A stretch of 45,449 nt of DNA from Clostridia bacterium (GCA_030637025.1 DAOVVV010000022.1:1-45449); one strand, 5' to 3'; shown: positions 21,112 through 29,763, counted from the first letter of the stretch. The notes: generated by a model not told the origin, from the letters alone. Translations and numbers: made by a program.

Positions 21112-21201
21112 CTATTTGTTTTTATGTCTCATTTTCCGTAAAAATTTTTTACGCTTATGAGTACGAATCTTTTGTAACTTTCTCCTCCTCCCATGCGGCA
21201 T
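21112..21201 (-). CDS. 29-aa basic protein, AURKAIP1/COX24 (bS22/mS38-like) family
   Basis: Manual translation MPHGRRRKLQKIRTHKRKKFLRKMRHKNK*; GGAGG SD; not in the ORF track. Confidence 0.85.
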   Translation of the reverse strand: MPHGRRRKLQKIRTHKRKKFLRKMRHKNK

Positions 21202-21249
21202 ATTTCCCTCCTCCCTTTATCTACCTATTAAACGATTATGAATAAACAC

Positions 21250-21321
21250 CTCTGGGGCTAGGAATCGAACCTAGAATGGGAGAATCAAAATCTCCTGTGT
21301 TGCCAATTACACCACCCCAGA
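21250..21321 (-). tRNA. tRNA-Gln (TTG)
   Basis: Cloverleaf: acceptor TCTGGGG/CCCCAGA, D arm GTGT/ACAC, anticodon arm GGAGA-TT-TTG-AT-TCTCC, T arm CTAGG-TTCGATT-CCTAG. CCA not encoded. Confidence 0.97.
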
Positions 21322-21459
21322 AAATAAATTCATTTTTTATTAAGCAACCCTGCTTTCCCACTTAGGATCCACATCCCCAAACAAAAAAACATCGCATTAT
21401 TTTTTATTCTTTTATTTTAAAAAAATTTCCGGTTTTATTTTTATTTATAAAAAACTTTT

Positions 21460-21840
21460 TTAAAAATTTGTATTTTTAAAATCACTTGATGGAATAGATT
21501 CTGGAGATTCTTTGACTTCTTCACCTCCACCTCCACCTCCACCTTCACCGGAACTATTATTTTTTTCTCCGCTAAAATTACCGGGTTCTTTTAACTTCTC
21601 GTGATAAGCCAGAAGAACCTTGTCTTCAATAATTTTCCGTGTTTCGTTATTCACTGGATGAGCAACATCCTTATGTGTTCCGTCAGCCATTTTACGACTG
21701 GGCATAGCTACAAAAAGACCACTTTGCCCTTGAATAACTTTAAGATTCCGTACTACAAAACAATTATCAAAAGTAATAGTAACATACGCCTTTAACTTCT
21801 CTTCATTCCTGGGAAATACCCTTACCTCAGTAATCTCCAT
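21460..21840 (-). CDS. spoVG: SpoVG family nucleic-acid-binding protein
   Basis: MEITEVRV, LKAY, FDNCFVV, GLFVAMPSRK, DVAHP. Start after GGAGG (track start 21855). Confidence 0.95.
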   Translation of the reverse strand: MEITEVRVFPRNEEKLKAYVTITFDNCFVVRNLKVIQGQSGLFVAMPSRKMADGTHKDVAHPVNNETRKIIEDKVLLAYHEKLKEPGNFSGEKNNSSGEGGGGGGGEEVKESPESIPSSDFKNTNF

Positions 21841-21965
21841 TTTTCCTCCTACCATTTCGTTGTTTTATTTACCAAAAGCATCATGCTATTCTCAAATACT
21901 CAGCTCCTTTTCTAAACAAAACCTTTCATTTTTTACAGCAGAAACCTCAGGTATCTTCTTGTTTA

Positions 21966-22817
21966 TTATACCGTTTTTACTAAATATATAGTAGCGGCAT
22001 ATTTCTTATTTAACTTCCCTTTTAACCTTTCTCCCTCCTTTCTATCTTTAACTATCCCGAAAAGAGAAGACCCTGTTCCTGAAACCAAACAGCCCAGAAT
22101 ATTCTCTTCTTTTAATAAATCCTCTTTTATTTTCCTCATTTGAGGATAAAGCATAAAAACTTTTTCTTCTAATTTATTAAAAAGATTATCCGCTATTTTA
22201 TAAGTATTACCTAAATAATCTAAAATAATGCTTATTTTATTATTATTTCTTTTTTTTGTCAACCTAAAATTTAATTTTTGGTAAATTTCTTTAGTGGAAA
22301 TAGCAAAATCAGGACAAACTAATAAAACCCAAAAAAACGGTTTATTAGAAAGAACTGTTAATTTTTCTCCTCGTCCTCTAGCTAAACATCTCCCTCCCTG
22401 AAGAAAAAAAGGAACATCCGAACCTATTTTTTCTCCCAGGCCAAACAATTCTTTAAGGGATAAGTTCAAATTCCACATTTTATTCAAACCAAGGAGAACC
22501 GTTGCGGCATTAGAAGACCCCCCTCCTAATCCGCCCCCGACAGGGATTCTTTTTTTTATTTCTATCTGTACCCCTTTTTTTATCCCTGCATAATGCCTGA
22601 GTAATTTTGCCGCTTTATAAGCTAAATTTCTTTCATCCAACGGTAACCATGGATAATCACTACTTAATAATATTTTTTCAGGATAATCCTTTAAATAAAT
22701 CGAATCGTATAAATTAACGGTCTGAAAAATGGTCTCAATTTCATGATACCCGTCTTCCCTTTTTCTTTTTATATCGAGGAAAAGATTTATCTTAGCATAA
22801 GACTTTAATTTCATCAT
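21966..22817 (-). CDS. ispE: 4-diphosphocytidyl-2-C-methyl-D-erythritol kinase
   Basis: AKINLFL, DGYHEIETIF, IPVGGGLGGGSSNAA, GSDVPFF, SGTGS. Confidence 0.96.
   Translation of the reverse strand: MMKLKSYAKINLFLDIKRKREDGYHEIETIFQTVNLYDSIYLKDYPEKILLSSDYPWLPLDERNLAYKAAKLLRHYAGIKKGVQIEIKKRIPVGGGLGGGSSNAATVLLGLNKMWNLNLSLKELFGLGEKIGSDVPFFLQGGRCLARGRGEKLTVLSNKPFFWVLLVCPDFAISTKEIYQKLNFRLTKKRNNNKISIILDYLGNTYKIADNLFNKLEEKVFMLYPQMRKIKEDLLKEENILGCLVSGTGSSLFGIVKDRKEGERLKGKLNKKYAATIYLVKTV
22234..22262 (-). promoter_or_regulatory. Sigma70-type promoter inside ispE, facing spoVG/tRNA-Gln
   Basis: TTGACA (22262-22257), 17 nt, TAAAAT (22239-22234). Confidence 0.7.
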
Positions 22818-22887
22818 AAAACCACCTAATAACCAACTTCCCACCTTAAAGATTGGCAGGCAAGAAGGCTTCACCCTTACTTTTTAG

Positions 22888-23051
22888 AATAAAGGTAAAA
22901 TATGTTTTGAACGACTTAGCAAATTTTAGCAAAAATTAGCGTTAAAAAAATAAGCTTGTCTGAGCAAAGCGAGTTGCTTATTTTTAGCTTGTTTTTGCGT
23001 GCCCGCAGGGTAAAATTATGCGTTTAGAGAAAAACATATTGTACCTTTGTT
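22888..23051. mobile_element. MITE-like element, family B (full length, 164 bp)
   Basis: About 21-bp inverted ends; near-identical 164-bp copy at 26634-26797. Confidence 0.85.
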
Positions 23052-23133
23052 CCCCCCCTTGACTCATAAACTACGTCACAAATAGTCATAAATGATATTT
23101 GACTATTGTATGACTTTTGACAATTCTTTCTGC

Positions 23134-23949
23134 TTATAAGCCACTATAACTTTTCTTTTCTGTCTTCTGTAAAGTAGTAGGTGATAAATTAAATATTTCT
23201 TCTTTCAACCCTTTATTTACAACTACTTTTTTTAAATATATCAAAATATCTAATTTTTCTGTCTCCTGATTCTCTATAGTTTCAGCAAACCAGGGAAATT
23301 CCCGTCTTAATTGTTGCCAATCAAAAATTTGAATTCTAATTTTATGCGGCACTAATATTTTGTCTGTTTTTTTAAAGATTTTAAAATCTATTTTACTAAG
23401 CGTTTGGCCTGCGTCATTAAATAATTCTATTTTTTTTATTATTAATTTACGTTTATCCACCCAAATTTTTTTATTATTCTTATAAAAAATATAATTTTTA
23501 CGGGTTTGATCAATTATTTCAAAACCATCTAATAATACCTTTTGTCCGAGATTTAAAAAAGATGTCTTTTCTCCACCTTCAATATTACAGATAATTCCTT
23601 TTCCATAAAAATAAATCTTTATTCCCTTATTCATTAAAAATACTGCCCGGGGAACGCCGAACCATCCCATAAAATTTATTTTTAATAAATCAGGCGTTTT
23701 ATAAAAAAAATACCCTTTTTGAATTATCCGTTTATCCCCTATTTTTATATCAAGATTAATATGTCCGGATAAATCTTTTATTTTTCGACAATTATAATTT
23801 ATTTTATTAATTAATGTAGTCTTTTCTTGTATATCAGTTATTAAAATCTTATGGCCGGCACAACCCAATAAAAAAAAACTACACCAAAGATATAAACAGA
23901 AAAAAAACCCTTTTTGATAAACTACTGTCTTCCGGTAAAATTCAATCAT
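23134..23949 (-). CDS. Predicted lipoprotein, LolA/LolB-like (DUF4292-like)
   Basis: Lipobox LLGC; beta-rich patterns (KIWVDK, PHKIRI); lies between a TPR gene and ispE. Confidence 0.65.
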   Translation of the reverse strand: MIEFYRKTVVYQKGFFFCLYLWCSFFLLGCAGHKILITDIQEKTTLINKINYNCRKIKDLSGHINLDIKIGDKRIIQKGYFFYKTPDLLKINFMGWFGVPRAVFLMNKGIKIYFYGKGIICNIEGGEKTSFLNLGQKVLLDGFEIIDQTRKNYIFYKNNKKIWVDKRKLIIKKIELFNDAGQTLSKIDFKIFKKTDKILVPHKIRIQIFDWQQLRREFPWFAETIENQETEKLDILIYLKKVVVNKGLKEEIFNLSPTTLQKTEKKSYSGL

Positions 23950-23999
23950 CTGTCCCCTTTTTTTGCATACCTTTCTTTACCCTTAATCTTTAGCCTTTC

Positions 24000-24022
24000 G
24001 GGCGACCAAGGGTCGCCCCTAC
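24000..24022 (-). repeat. GTAG-type REP palindrome
   Basis: Minus strand GTAGGGGCGACCCTTGGTCGCCC: GTAG foot plus GGGCGACC/GGTCGCCC stem. Confidence 0.7.
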
Positions 24023-24075
24023 TCTGGTCATATTTATCATAAATTATGTTAAACTATTTTTCAATTGCTTTTTTT

Positions 24076-24107
24076 AAAATCCCCCTAACCCCCTTTTTCA
24101 AAGGGGG
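24076..24107. repeat. AATCCCCCTAACCCCCTTT..AAAGGGGG palindromic repeat
   Basis: C-run repeat with CCCCCTTT-TTC-AAAGGGGG hairpin; resembles a widespread intergenic repeat type (recall). Confidence 0.55.
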
Positions 24108-24117
24108 CAAACTGAAA

Positions 24118-24160
24118 AATAAAGGTGAAATGTGTTTTAAACGACTTCGTTTTTGGGCAC
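24118..24160. repeat. Family B fragment (left end only)
   Basis: AATAAAGGTGAAATGTGTTTTAAACGACTT matches the left end of 22888 and 26634. Confidence 0.65.
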
Positions 24161-25776
24161 TACTTAGTAAAAGAATTATTAGTACTTACTTTATTAGGCA
24201 TTGTTTTTTGTGCCTTTTCAATTTTTCTTTTTATTTCTTCTTTTCCGGCTTTAAGCTTCAAAGACTTTTTCCAACTAGAAATAGCCTTTTTGTTTTTTTT
24301 AAGAGCAATATAAGCATCTCCCAAATGATCCCAAACAATAGCATCTGAAATCAATTTTACAGCTTTTTCCAATTCTTTAACTGCTTTTTTATATTTATTC
24401 ATTTTATAATAAACCCACCCTAAACTATCTCTGTATGCCCCATTTCCAGGATTAATTTTTAAAGCCTTTTTTGTCATCTTTAACGCTTCCTCCAGTTTTA
24501 TTCCCCGCTCTGCCCAGGAATAACCTATATAATTATAAGCAGCTGCATTTTTAGGGTTTATCTCTACAGCTTTAAGAAATTTCTTCAATGAACTTTCTCT
24601 TTCCCCTAATTTATCATAAACAATCCCCAGCTGAAAATATGCTTCTTCATTATTTGGATTTATTTTTATTATCTCCCGAAAAATATCCCTGGCTTTTATA
24701 TATTCACTCATTTGTTCATATACTAATCCTAAAAAAAGCCAGCAATCATTATTTTTTGGGTCCATTTTAAGTGCTTGATGCAAAACATCTATTGCTTTTT
24801 GGTATTTTTTCAATCGATTATATAAATAAGCTAAATGAATATATGTCTGGGTAAGAGATACATTGTTCTTTATTACTTTTTCAAAGAAAGAGCAAGCTTT
24901 TTCCCACTCTTTTTGCTCTTCATAAATCAAAGCTAAAGAATAAAGGGCAGTCAAATTATCAGAATTTATTTCTAAAGTATTAAGAAACGCTTTTTGGGCT
25001 TTAGTATTGTTTTTTGTTTCATAATACAGTAGACCTATTTTATTATGAATTGCCGGATTGTTAAAATCAATTTTAACACATTTCTCATAATGTAGAAGTG
25101 CTTTATCATATTCTTTTTCCTGCTCATAAATACGTGCTAAGGAAAGATGGGCTAAAAAATAATCATTATTTATTTCAATTGCTTTTTTATACAAAGCAAC
25201 AGCTTTTCTTTTTTTGCCACACCGTTCATAACTTAAGCCCATATTATAATATATTTCAGAATGCTCTCCGGATAATTTTAAAAATCTATCATAAGCAGCA
25301 ATCGCTTTCTTATACATTCCAGATTGAAAATAAAGCGAACCAAGATAAAAATAGACTTCTTTCTGGTTTTTGTTTAATGACATTATTTTTTCAAAAATAC
25401 TGATAGCTTCTTCTATCCTCCCCACCCCCGAATAAATACTCGCTTTTATTAACAACGCAGATATATTTTCTTTTTCTTCTTTCAATATTATCTCTATTTC
25501 TACTAATGCATTCTTATAATCTCCTAATTCCAGATATAAATCCGCTAATTCTTTATGCAACGATAAGGTCTCTGAATAAATGAGACTTTTTCTATATTCA
25601 TAAATAGCTTTTTCAATTTCACCTTCTCTTTCATACAGAAGCCCCATCATATAATGTTCACAAGCATACGGATTAATTGTATCCTTCCCAAAAGAAAAAG
25701 AGACAACAGATAAAACAATTATAAAACACAAAAAAAATAATCTTTTTAAAACTAAAAATTTCCTTTTTCCATCCAT
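24160..25776 (-). CDS. Exported tetratricopeptide repeat protein
   Basis: Signal peptide, many TPR units, C-terminal YNYIGYSWAE...DSLGWVYY...DHLGDAY block. Confidence 0.92.
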   Translation of the reverse strand: MDGKRKFLVLKRLFFLCFIIVLSVVSFSFGKDTINPYACEHYMMGLLYEREGEIEKAIYEYRKSLIYSETLSLHKELADLYLELGDYKNALVEIEIILKEEKENISALLIKASIYSGVGRIEEAISIFEKIMSLNKNQKEVYFYLGSLYFQSGMYKKAIAAYDRFLKLSGEHSEIYYNMGLSYERCGKKRKAVALYKKAIEINNDYFLAHLSLARIYEQEKEYDKALLHYEKCVKIDFNNPAIHNKIGLLYYETKNNTKAQKAFLNTLEINSDNLTALYSLALIYEEQKEWEKACSFFEKVIKNNVSLTQTYIHLAYLYNRLKKYQKAIDVLHQALKMDPKNNDCWLFLGLVYEQMSEYIKARDIFREIIKINPNNEEAYFQLGIVYDKLGERESSLKKFLKAVEINPKNAAAYNYIGYSWAERGIKLEEALKMTKKALKINPGNGAYRDSLGWVYYKMNKYKKAVKELEKAVKLISDAIVWDHLGDAYIALKKNKKAISSWKKSLKLKAGKEEIKRKIEKAQKTMPNKVSTNNSFTK

Positions 25777-25910
25777 TTTTATATCTCCTTTTTATTTTCG
25801 ATGTTGTCAAAAACCACGTATAAACATTCTTTTTTGACTTTTGAATACATCATTTAGTCTTGTGCCTATGAACTATCTTTTGTCTTTGTTTTTAATTTAC
25901 TATTTACTTA

Positions 25911-25938
25911 CCTGCTTGCCCGCCAGTTTTTAAGGCGG
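25911..25938. repeat. Small hairpin module D, free-standing copy
   Basis: CCTGCTTGC-CCGCC-AGTTTTTAA-GGCGG; relatives at 3314-3332 and 32769-32787. Confidence 0.6.
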
Positions 25939-26003
25939 ATTTAGCATTTAGAGTTTCGAATTTAGAGGGTTTTTTCTAACTCCCGTCTCCTAAACAATCT
26001 CTT

Positions 26004-26501
26004 CTAAATTTGCTTTCCATATCTTCGTAAAATTAATTTAATTAAATCCCTTGTTGCATGTTTTTTTTTATCCCCGGAAATACCAACTTTACCACCGTAA
26101 GAAAAAACTACCTCTCTCTCCGGGACAGTTTGAGGGGTATAATCAGTACCTTTTAAGTGAATATCCGGTTTTAAAGCTAACAAAACAGAAGAAACATCTC
26201 TACCCGAAAATAAAACAACAAAATCCACACATTCCAAACCGGCAATAATTCTTGCCCGTTCGTTTTGCGGAATAATAGGGCGATTAGAATCTTTTATTTT
26301 TTTTATAGACAAATCATTATTTATAGCTACAATTAAAACATCTCCTTTTTTTCCGGCCCCCTCCAAATAACGTATATGCCCCACATGTAAAAGATCAAAA
26401 CATCCGTTAGTTAAAATAATTTTATTTTTTTCTTTTCTTAATTGATTTATGATTTTTTTCAACTCCCCTAAAGTTTTAATTTTATTTTTAGTCATAATCA
26501 T
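26004..26501 (-). CDS. rfaE2: D-glycero-beta-D-manno-heptose 1-phosphate adenylyltransferase (HldE domain II)
   Basis: TNGCFDLLHVGHIRYL, KGTDY. Start at 26501 or 26495 (track start 26573). Confidence 0.9.
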   Translation of the reverse strand: MIMTKNKIKTLGELKKIINQLRKEKNKIILTNGCFDLLHVGHIRYLEGAGKKGDVLIVAINNDLSIKKIKDSNRPIIPQNERARIIAGLECVDFVVLFSGRDVSSVLLALKPDIHLKGTDYTPQTVPEREVVFSYGGKVGISGDKKKHATRDLIKLILRRYGKQI

Positions 26502-26559
26502 TCTTAACCCTGTCCATAAATTTTTTGGTTCTTTTGCAAATAAACTAAAAACAAAGAAT

Positions 26560-26591
26560 AGTCTATAGTTCACAGTCGATAGTCCATAGAC
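26560..26591. repeat. Degenerate heptamer tandem repeat
   Basis: AGTCTAT-AGTTCAC-AGTCGAT-AGTCCAT-AGAC. Confidence 0.5.
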
Positions 26592-26633
26592 AAAAACAAA
26601 AAAATCAACTATCTAACAAAACTAATTAGAAAA

Positions 26634-26797
26634 AATAAAGGCAAAATTTGTTTTGAACGACTTAGCAAATTTTAGTAAAAATAAGCGTTTAAAAAATGAG
26701 CTTGTCTGAGCAAAGCGAGTTGCTCATTTTTAGCTTGTTTTTGCGTGCCCGAAGGGTAAAATTATGCGTTTAGTGAAAAATATATTTTGGCTTTATT
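26634..26797. mobile_element. MITE-like element, family B (full length, 164 bp)
   Basis: Colinear with 22888-23051; same length and orientation. Confidence 0.85.
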
Positions 26798-26845
26798 AAA
26801 CAATTTTTTATTTAAAAAAACAAAGCAGGTAAATATTATCCCCCG

Positions 26846-27847
26846 TTAGTTACTTTCCAGACAATCTAAAATTTCACCGACTGTTACTACCGCCGTTCCT
26901 CTCTTCATCACCACCTGTGCAGCTGCATAGTTTGATAAATACGCTGCATCCCGAAAACCGGCCCCACAGGCTAAAGCTAAAGTAATACAACTAGCTACCG
27001 TATCCCCTGCCCCTGTAACATCTACCGGCTCATCCGAACCTACAATAGGAATATGAGTTACTTCACCGTTTTTCTCAAATAAACTCATCCCTTCTTTTCC
27101 CCGGGTAATTAAAACCCCTTTACAATCTAAATCCGACAACAATTTTTCTCCGGCATAAAGTAAAGATTGTTTATTGTTAATTTTTATTCCTAAAGATGGG
27201 CCGGCCTCTGTTTCATTTGGAGTAATGAAAGATACCCCTTTGAAATCTAACAATCGAAAACGAGAATCCACCACTACCGGTTTCTTTAACTTTTTAGCAT
27301 AAGGAATCAACCATTTTCTTATCCGGGGACTAATTACGCCCCCGTAGTCTGAAATTAAAATAGCATCTATTCGCGGAAGCTTCCTTTTTAAAAAGTTTAA
27401 AATTTTATTTTCTATCCCGGGACCAAGTTCATTTTTTATTTCTTTATCTATTCGAATAACTTGTTGCTTTGCTGTATGATATCCCCCTGCCATTATCCGC
27501 GTCTTAGTAATAGTAGGATGCATTTTATCTACAAAAATTCCTGCTGTATTTATATTTTTATCTTTCATTATTTGTAACAAATTACTTCCTATTTCATCCT
27601 TGCCTATTACTCCTACAGGAAAAACTTTACCACCTAAAGAGCAAATATTATTAACTGAATTTGCACCGCCTCCCGGAATAATTTTTCTCGATTCAAACTT
27701 TAAGATTAAAACAGGTGCTTCACGGGAAATACGGGTAGTTTTTCCATAAATATATTCATCTCCGATTAAATCCCCTAAAACTAAAATCTTTTTTTTAGAA
27801 AAATTATTTAATATTTTTTTTAATCTTTCCTGCTCACTCTTTTTCAT
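26846..27847 (-). CDS. rfaE1: D-glycero-beta-D-manno-heptose-7-phosphate kinase (HldE domain I, PfkB family)
   Basis: RISREAPV, PGGGAN, TPNETEA, DVTGAGDTV. ATGA overlap with the upstream gene gives start 27847. Confidence 0.93.
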   Translation of the reverse strand: MKKSEQERLKKILNNFSKKKILVLGDLIGDEYIYGKTTRISREAPVLILKFESRKIIPGGGANSVNNICSLGGKVFPVGVIGKDEIGSNLLQIMKDKNINTAGIFVDKMHPTITKTRIMAGGYHTAKQQVIRIDKEIKNELGPGIENKILNFLKRKLPRIDAILISDYGGVISPRIRKWLIPYAKKLKKPVVVDSRFRLLDFKGVSFITPNETEAGPSLGIKINNKQSLLYAGEKLLSDLDCKGVLITRGKEGMSLFEKNGEVTHIPIVGSDEPVDVTGAGDTVASCITLALACGAGFRDAAYLSNYAAAQVVMKRGTAVVTVGEILDCLESN

Positions 27848-29763
27848 TGATTTTCTCTTTTGTTTATTTGCTTTAGTATCCATTTTACTGCCTCATATAA
27901 ATCATCTGCTATATAATCCGGCTGTTCATCCCAATCTTGCCTTTGGAATTGATATTCTCCTTTTCCATAACCGGTTAAAACCATAACACTTTTTGCCCCT
28001 ACTTTATGCCCCCATTTAACATCGCTAATTTTGTCACCCACAATAAATGATTGCCGTAAATCTATATTAAACTCTTTTCTCCCCTTTTCTAACATTCCAG
28101 TCCCGGGTTTACGGCAATTACAATCCTGACGGTAAGATCCCTTTCCCACATCAGGATGGTGGGGACAATAATAAACAGCATCAAGATAAGCTCCTTCCTG
28201 AGCTAATAACTTCTGCATTTTTTGATGAACGACTTTTACCATTTCTTCTTTAAAATAACCTCTGGCCACGCCTGCCTGATTAGTAGAGACAATAGTAATA
28301 ATTCCTTCTTTATTCAACAGTTTAATTGCTTTTGCCGTATGGGGTAAAAGAGTAAACCTGTCCTGATGATTAATATAACCCCCTTCCCGGTTAATAGTTC
28401 CATCCCTATCCAGAAATACCGCAAATTTTTTATTATTCTTTTGCTTACTGCTTACTCTATCTGACAATTGTTCCTGCTTGCCCAGTACCACCATTATTCC
28501 CATCATAAACCAAAACAAAGCTAATATTTCCCAATCACCATAGTTATACTCAGTTAAACCAGAAACAATAAAGCTTATCACTCCTCCCAAACAACCCAGA
28601 ACTACTGCCTTTTCATACTTTTTAATATTGGGCATTTTCAAATATATACCCAAACCTTTCTTTAAACATGCACCTAACAAAATTATAAAGGCTATTAAGC
28701 CCAGTATTCCCCGCTCTACCCCAATCTGAATAAAATTATTATGCAAATGTCCCTGCTCTTTACAAATGGCTGCAGGTTTTTTATACTCAGGATAAACCAA
28801 AGAAACATTTTTTAGGCCAACTCCCAACACAGGATAATCTTTAAATATTTCCCATCCACTCTCCCACATATAAATCCGTTCCGAATCAAAAAAATTTTTT
28901 ACTCTCCCAAGGGTTGAATATTTAGCTCCACCTATAAACAAAGTTATGGCGCTGGACAAAAAAACAATCAAGATTAAAACAATCAAAGTCAAGGGCAATA
29001 AACTCTTTCGTATTACAGAAGAAGGCGGGAAAAAACTTCTAACCCCCATTATTTCAATAAAAAACAATCCGGCGACCATGCCCAACCACGCACCACGGGA
29101 ATAAGTAAAAATCAAATTTAATCCTACAATTAATAAACCTAATCCTAAATATATTTTTCTTTTCTTATTAAAATTAGCAAATAAAAAAAGACTGCTCATT
29201 AAAATCCCGCCCATCATCAATCCCTCGGCAAAACTAATCGGATGATCCCGGCTACCGGTTATCCTCTGGTCATATAAACTTAAAAAATAAAGCACTTTTT
29301 TGGGTAAATATGACAATATTTTAAAAGGGACTTCTATTTCTCCTGCAACCCGATTAATTCCCAGCAGGTATTGAACAAGGCCAAATATTGAAATAGCAAC
29401 CGTACCCACAATAAACCACTTAATCATTTCCTTAAGCTGCTTTATATCTTTTACACTGGCAATTATCAAAAAAAAAGTTAAAACTAAAAATTCTTTTTTT
29501 AATCCTTTAAAACTTCTTACCGAATCAATAGAAAAAATAACTGATAAAAAAGTTACTCCTAAAAAAATAAATATCGGGATTTCTAATGAGGAAATTTTAA
29601 AATTTCCTTCCCCACTCAAAATCATTTTCGAGACCCAGGCTAAGAGTAAAACAGCTATTACCATGCTGATACAAGATACCGGCAGGGGTAACACCCCGGC
29701 CAGAACAATTAAACCTATATACATTATTTTATCTAACCAGTTTTCAATCTTTAGCCGTTTCAT
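27844..29763 (-). CDS. Fusion: O-antigen ligase-family (WaaL/Wzy_C) membrane domain plus heptose-1,7-bisphosphate phosphatase (GmhB)
   Basis: N-part: multiple TMs, TYSRGAW, R..MW....P..GVG, HLHNNF. C-part: FLDRDGTIN, TNQAGVARG, CPHHP...CNCRKP, GDKISD. Confidence 0.9.
   Translation of the reverse strand: MKRLKIENWLDKIMYIGLIVLAGVLPLPVSCISMVIAVLLLAWVSKMILSGEGNFKISSLEIPIFIFLGVTFLSVIFSIDSVRSFKGLKKEFLVLTFFLIIASVKDIKQLKEMIKWFIVGTVAISIFGLVQYLLGINRVAGEIEVPFKILSYLPKKVLYFLSLYDQRITGSRDHPISFAEGLMMGGILMSSLFLFANFNKKRKIYLGLGLLIVGLNLIFTYSRGAWLGMVAGLFFIEIMGVRSFFPPSSVIRKSLLPLTLIVLILIVFLSSAITLFIGGAKYSTLGRVKNFFDSERIYMWESGWEIFKDYPVLGVGLKNVSLVYPEYKKPAAICKEQGHLHNNFIQIGVERGILGLIAFIILLGACLKKGLGIYLKMPNIKKYEKAVVLGCLGGVISFIVSGLTEYNYGDWEILALFWFMMGIMVVLGKQEQLSDRVSSKQKNNKKFAVFLDRDGTINREGGYINHQDRFTLLPHTAKAIKLLNKEGIITIVSTNQAGVARGYFKEEMVKVVHQKMQKLLAQEGAYLDAVYYCPHHPDVGKGSYRQDCNCRKPGTGMLEKGRKEFNIDLRQSFIVGDKISDVKWGHKVGAKSVMVLTGYGKGEYQFQRQDWDEQPDYIADDLYEAVKWILKQINKRENQ

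Noticed and set aside
21340-21382. Second, degenerate tRNA-Gln 5' half (TGGGGATGTGG...AAGTGGGAAAGCA, minus strand)
   Set aside because: No anticodon or T arm; similarity too short.
23076-23121. GTCA/TGAC-rich imperfect palindrome next to family B
   Set aside because: Single copy in the window with imperfect pairing; cannot be assigned.
24046-24348. Plus-strand ORFs of 100 aa and 62 aa
   Set aside because: Composed of repeat sequence plus the antisense of the TPR gene.
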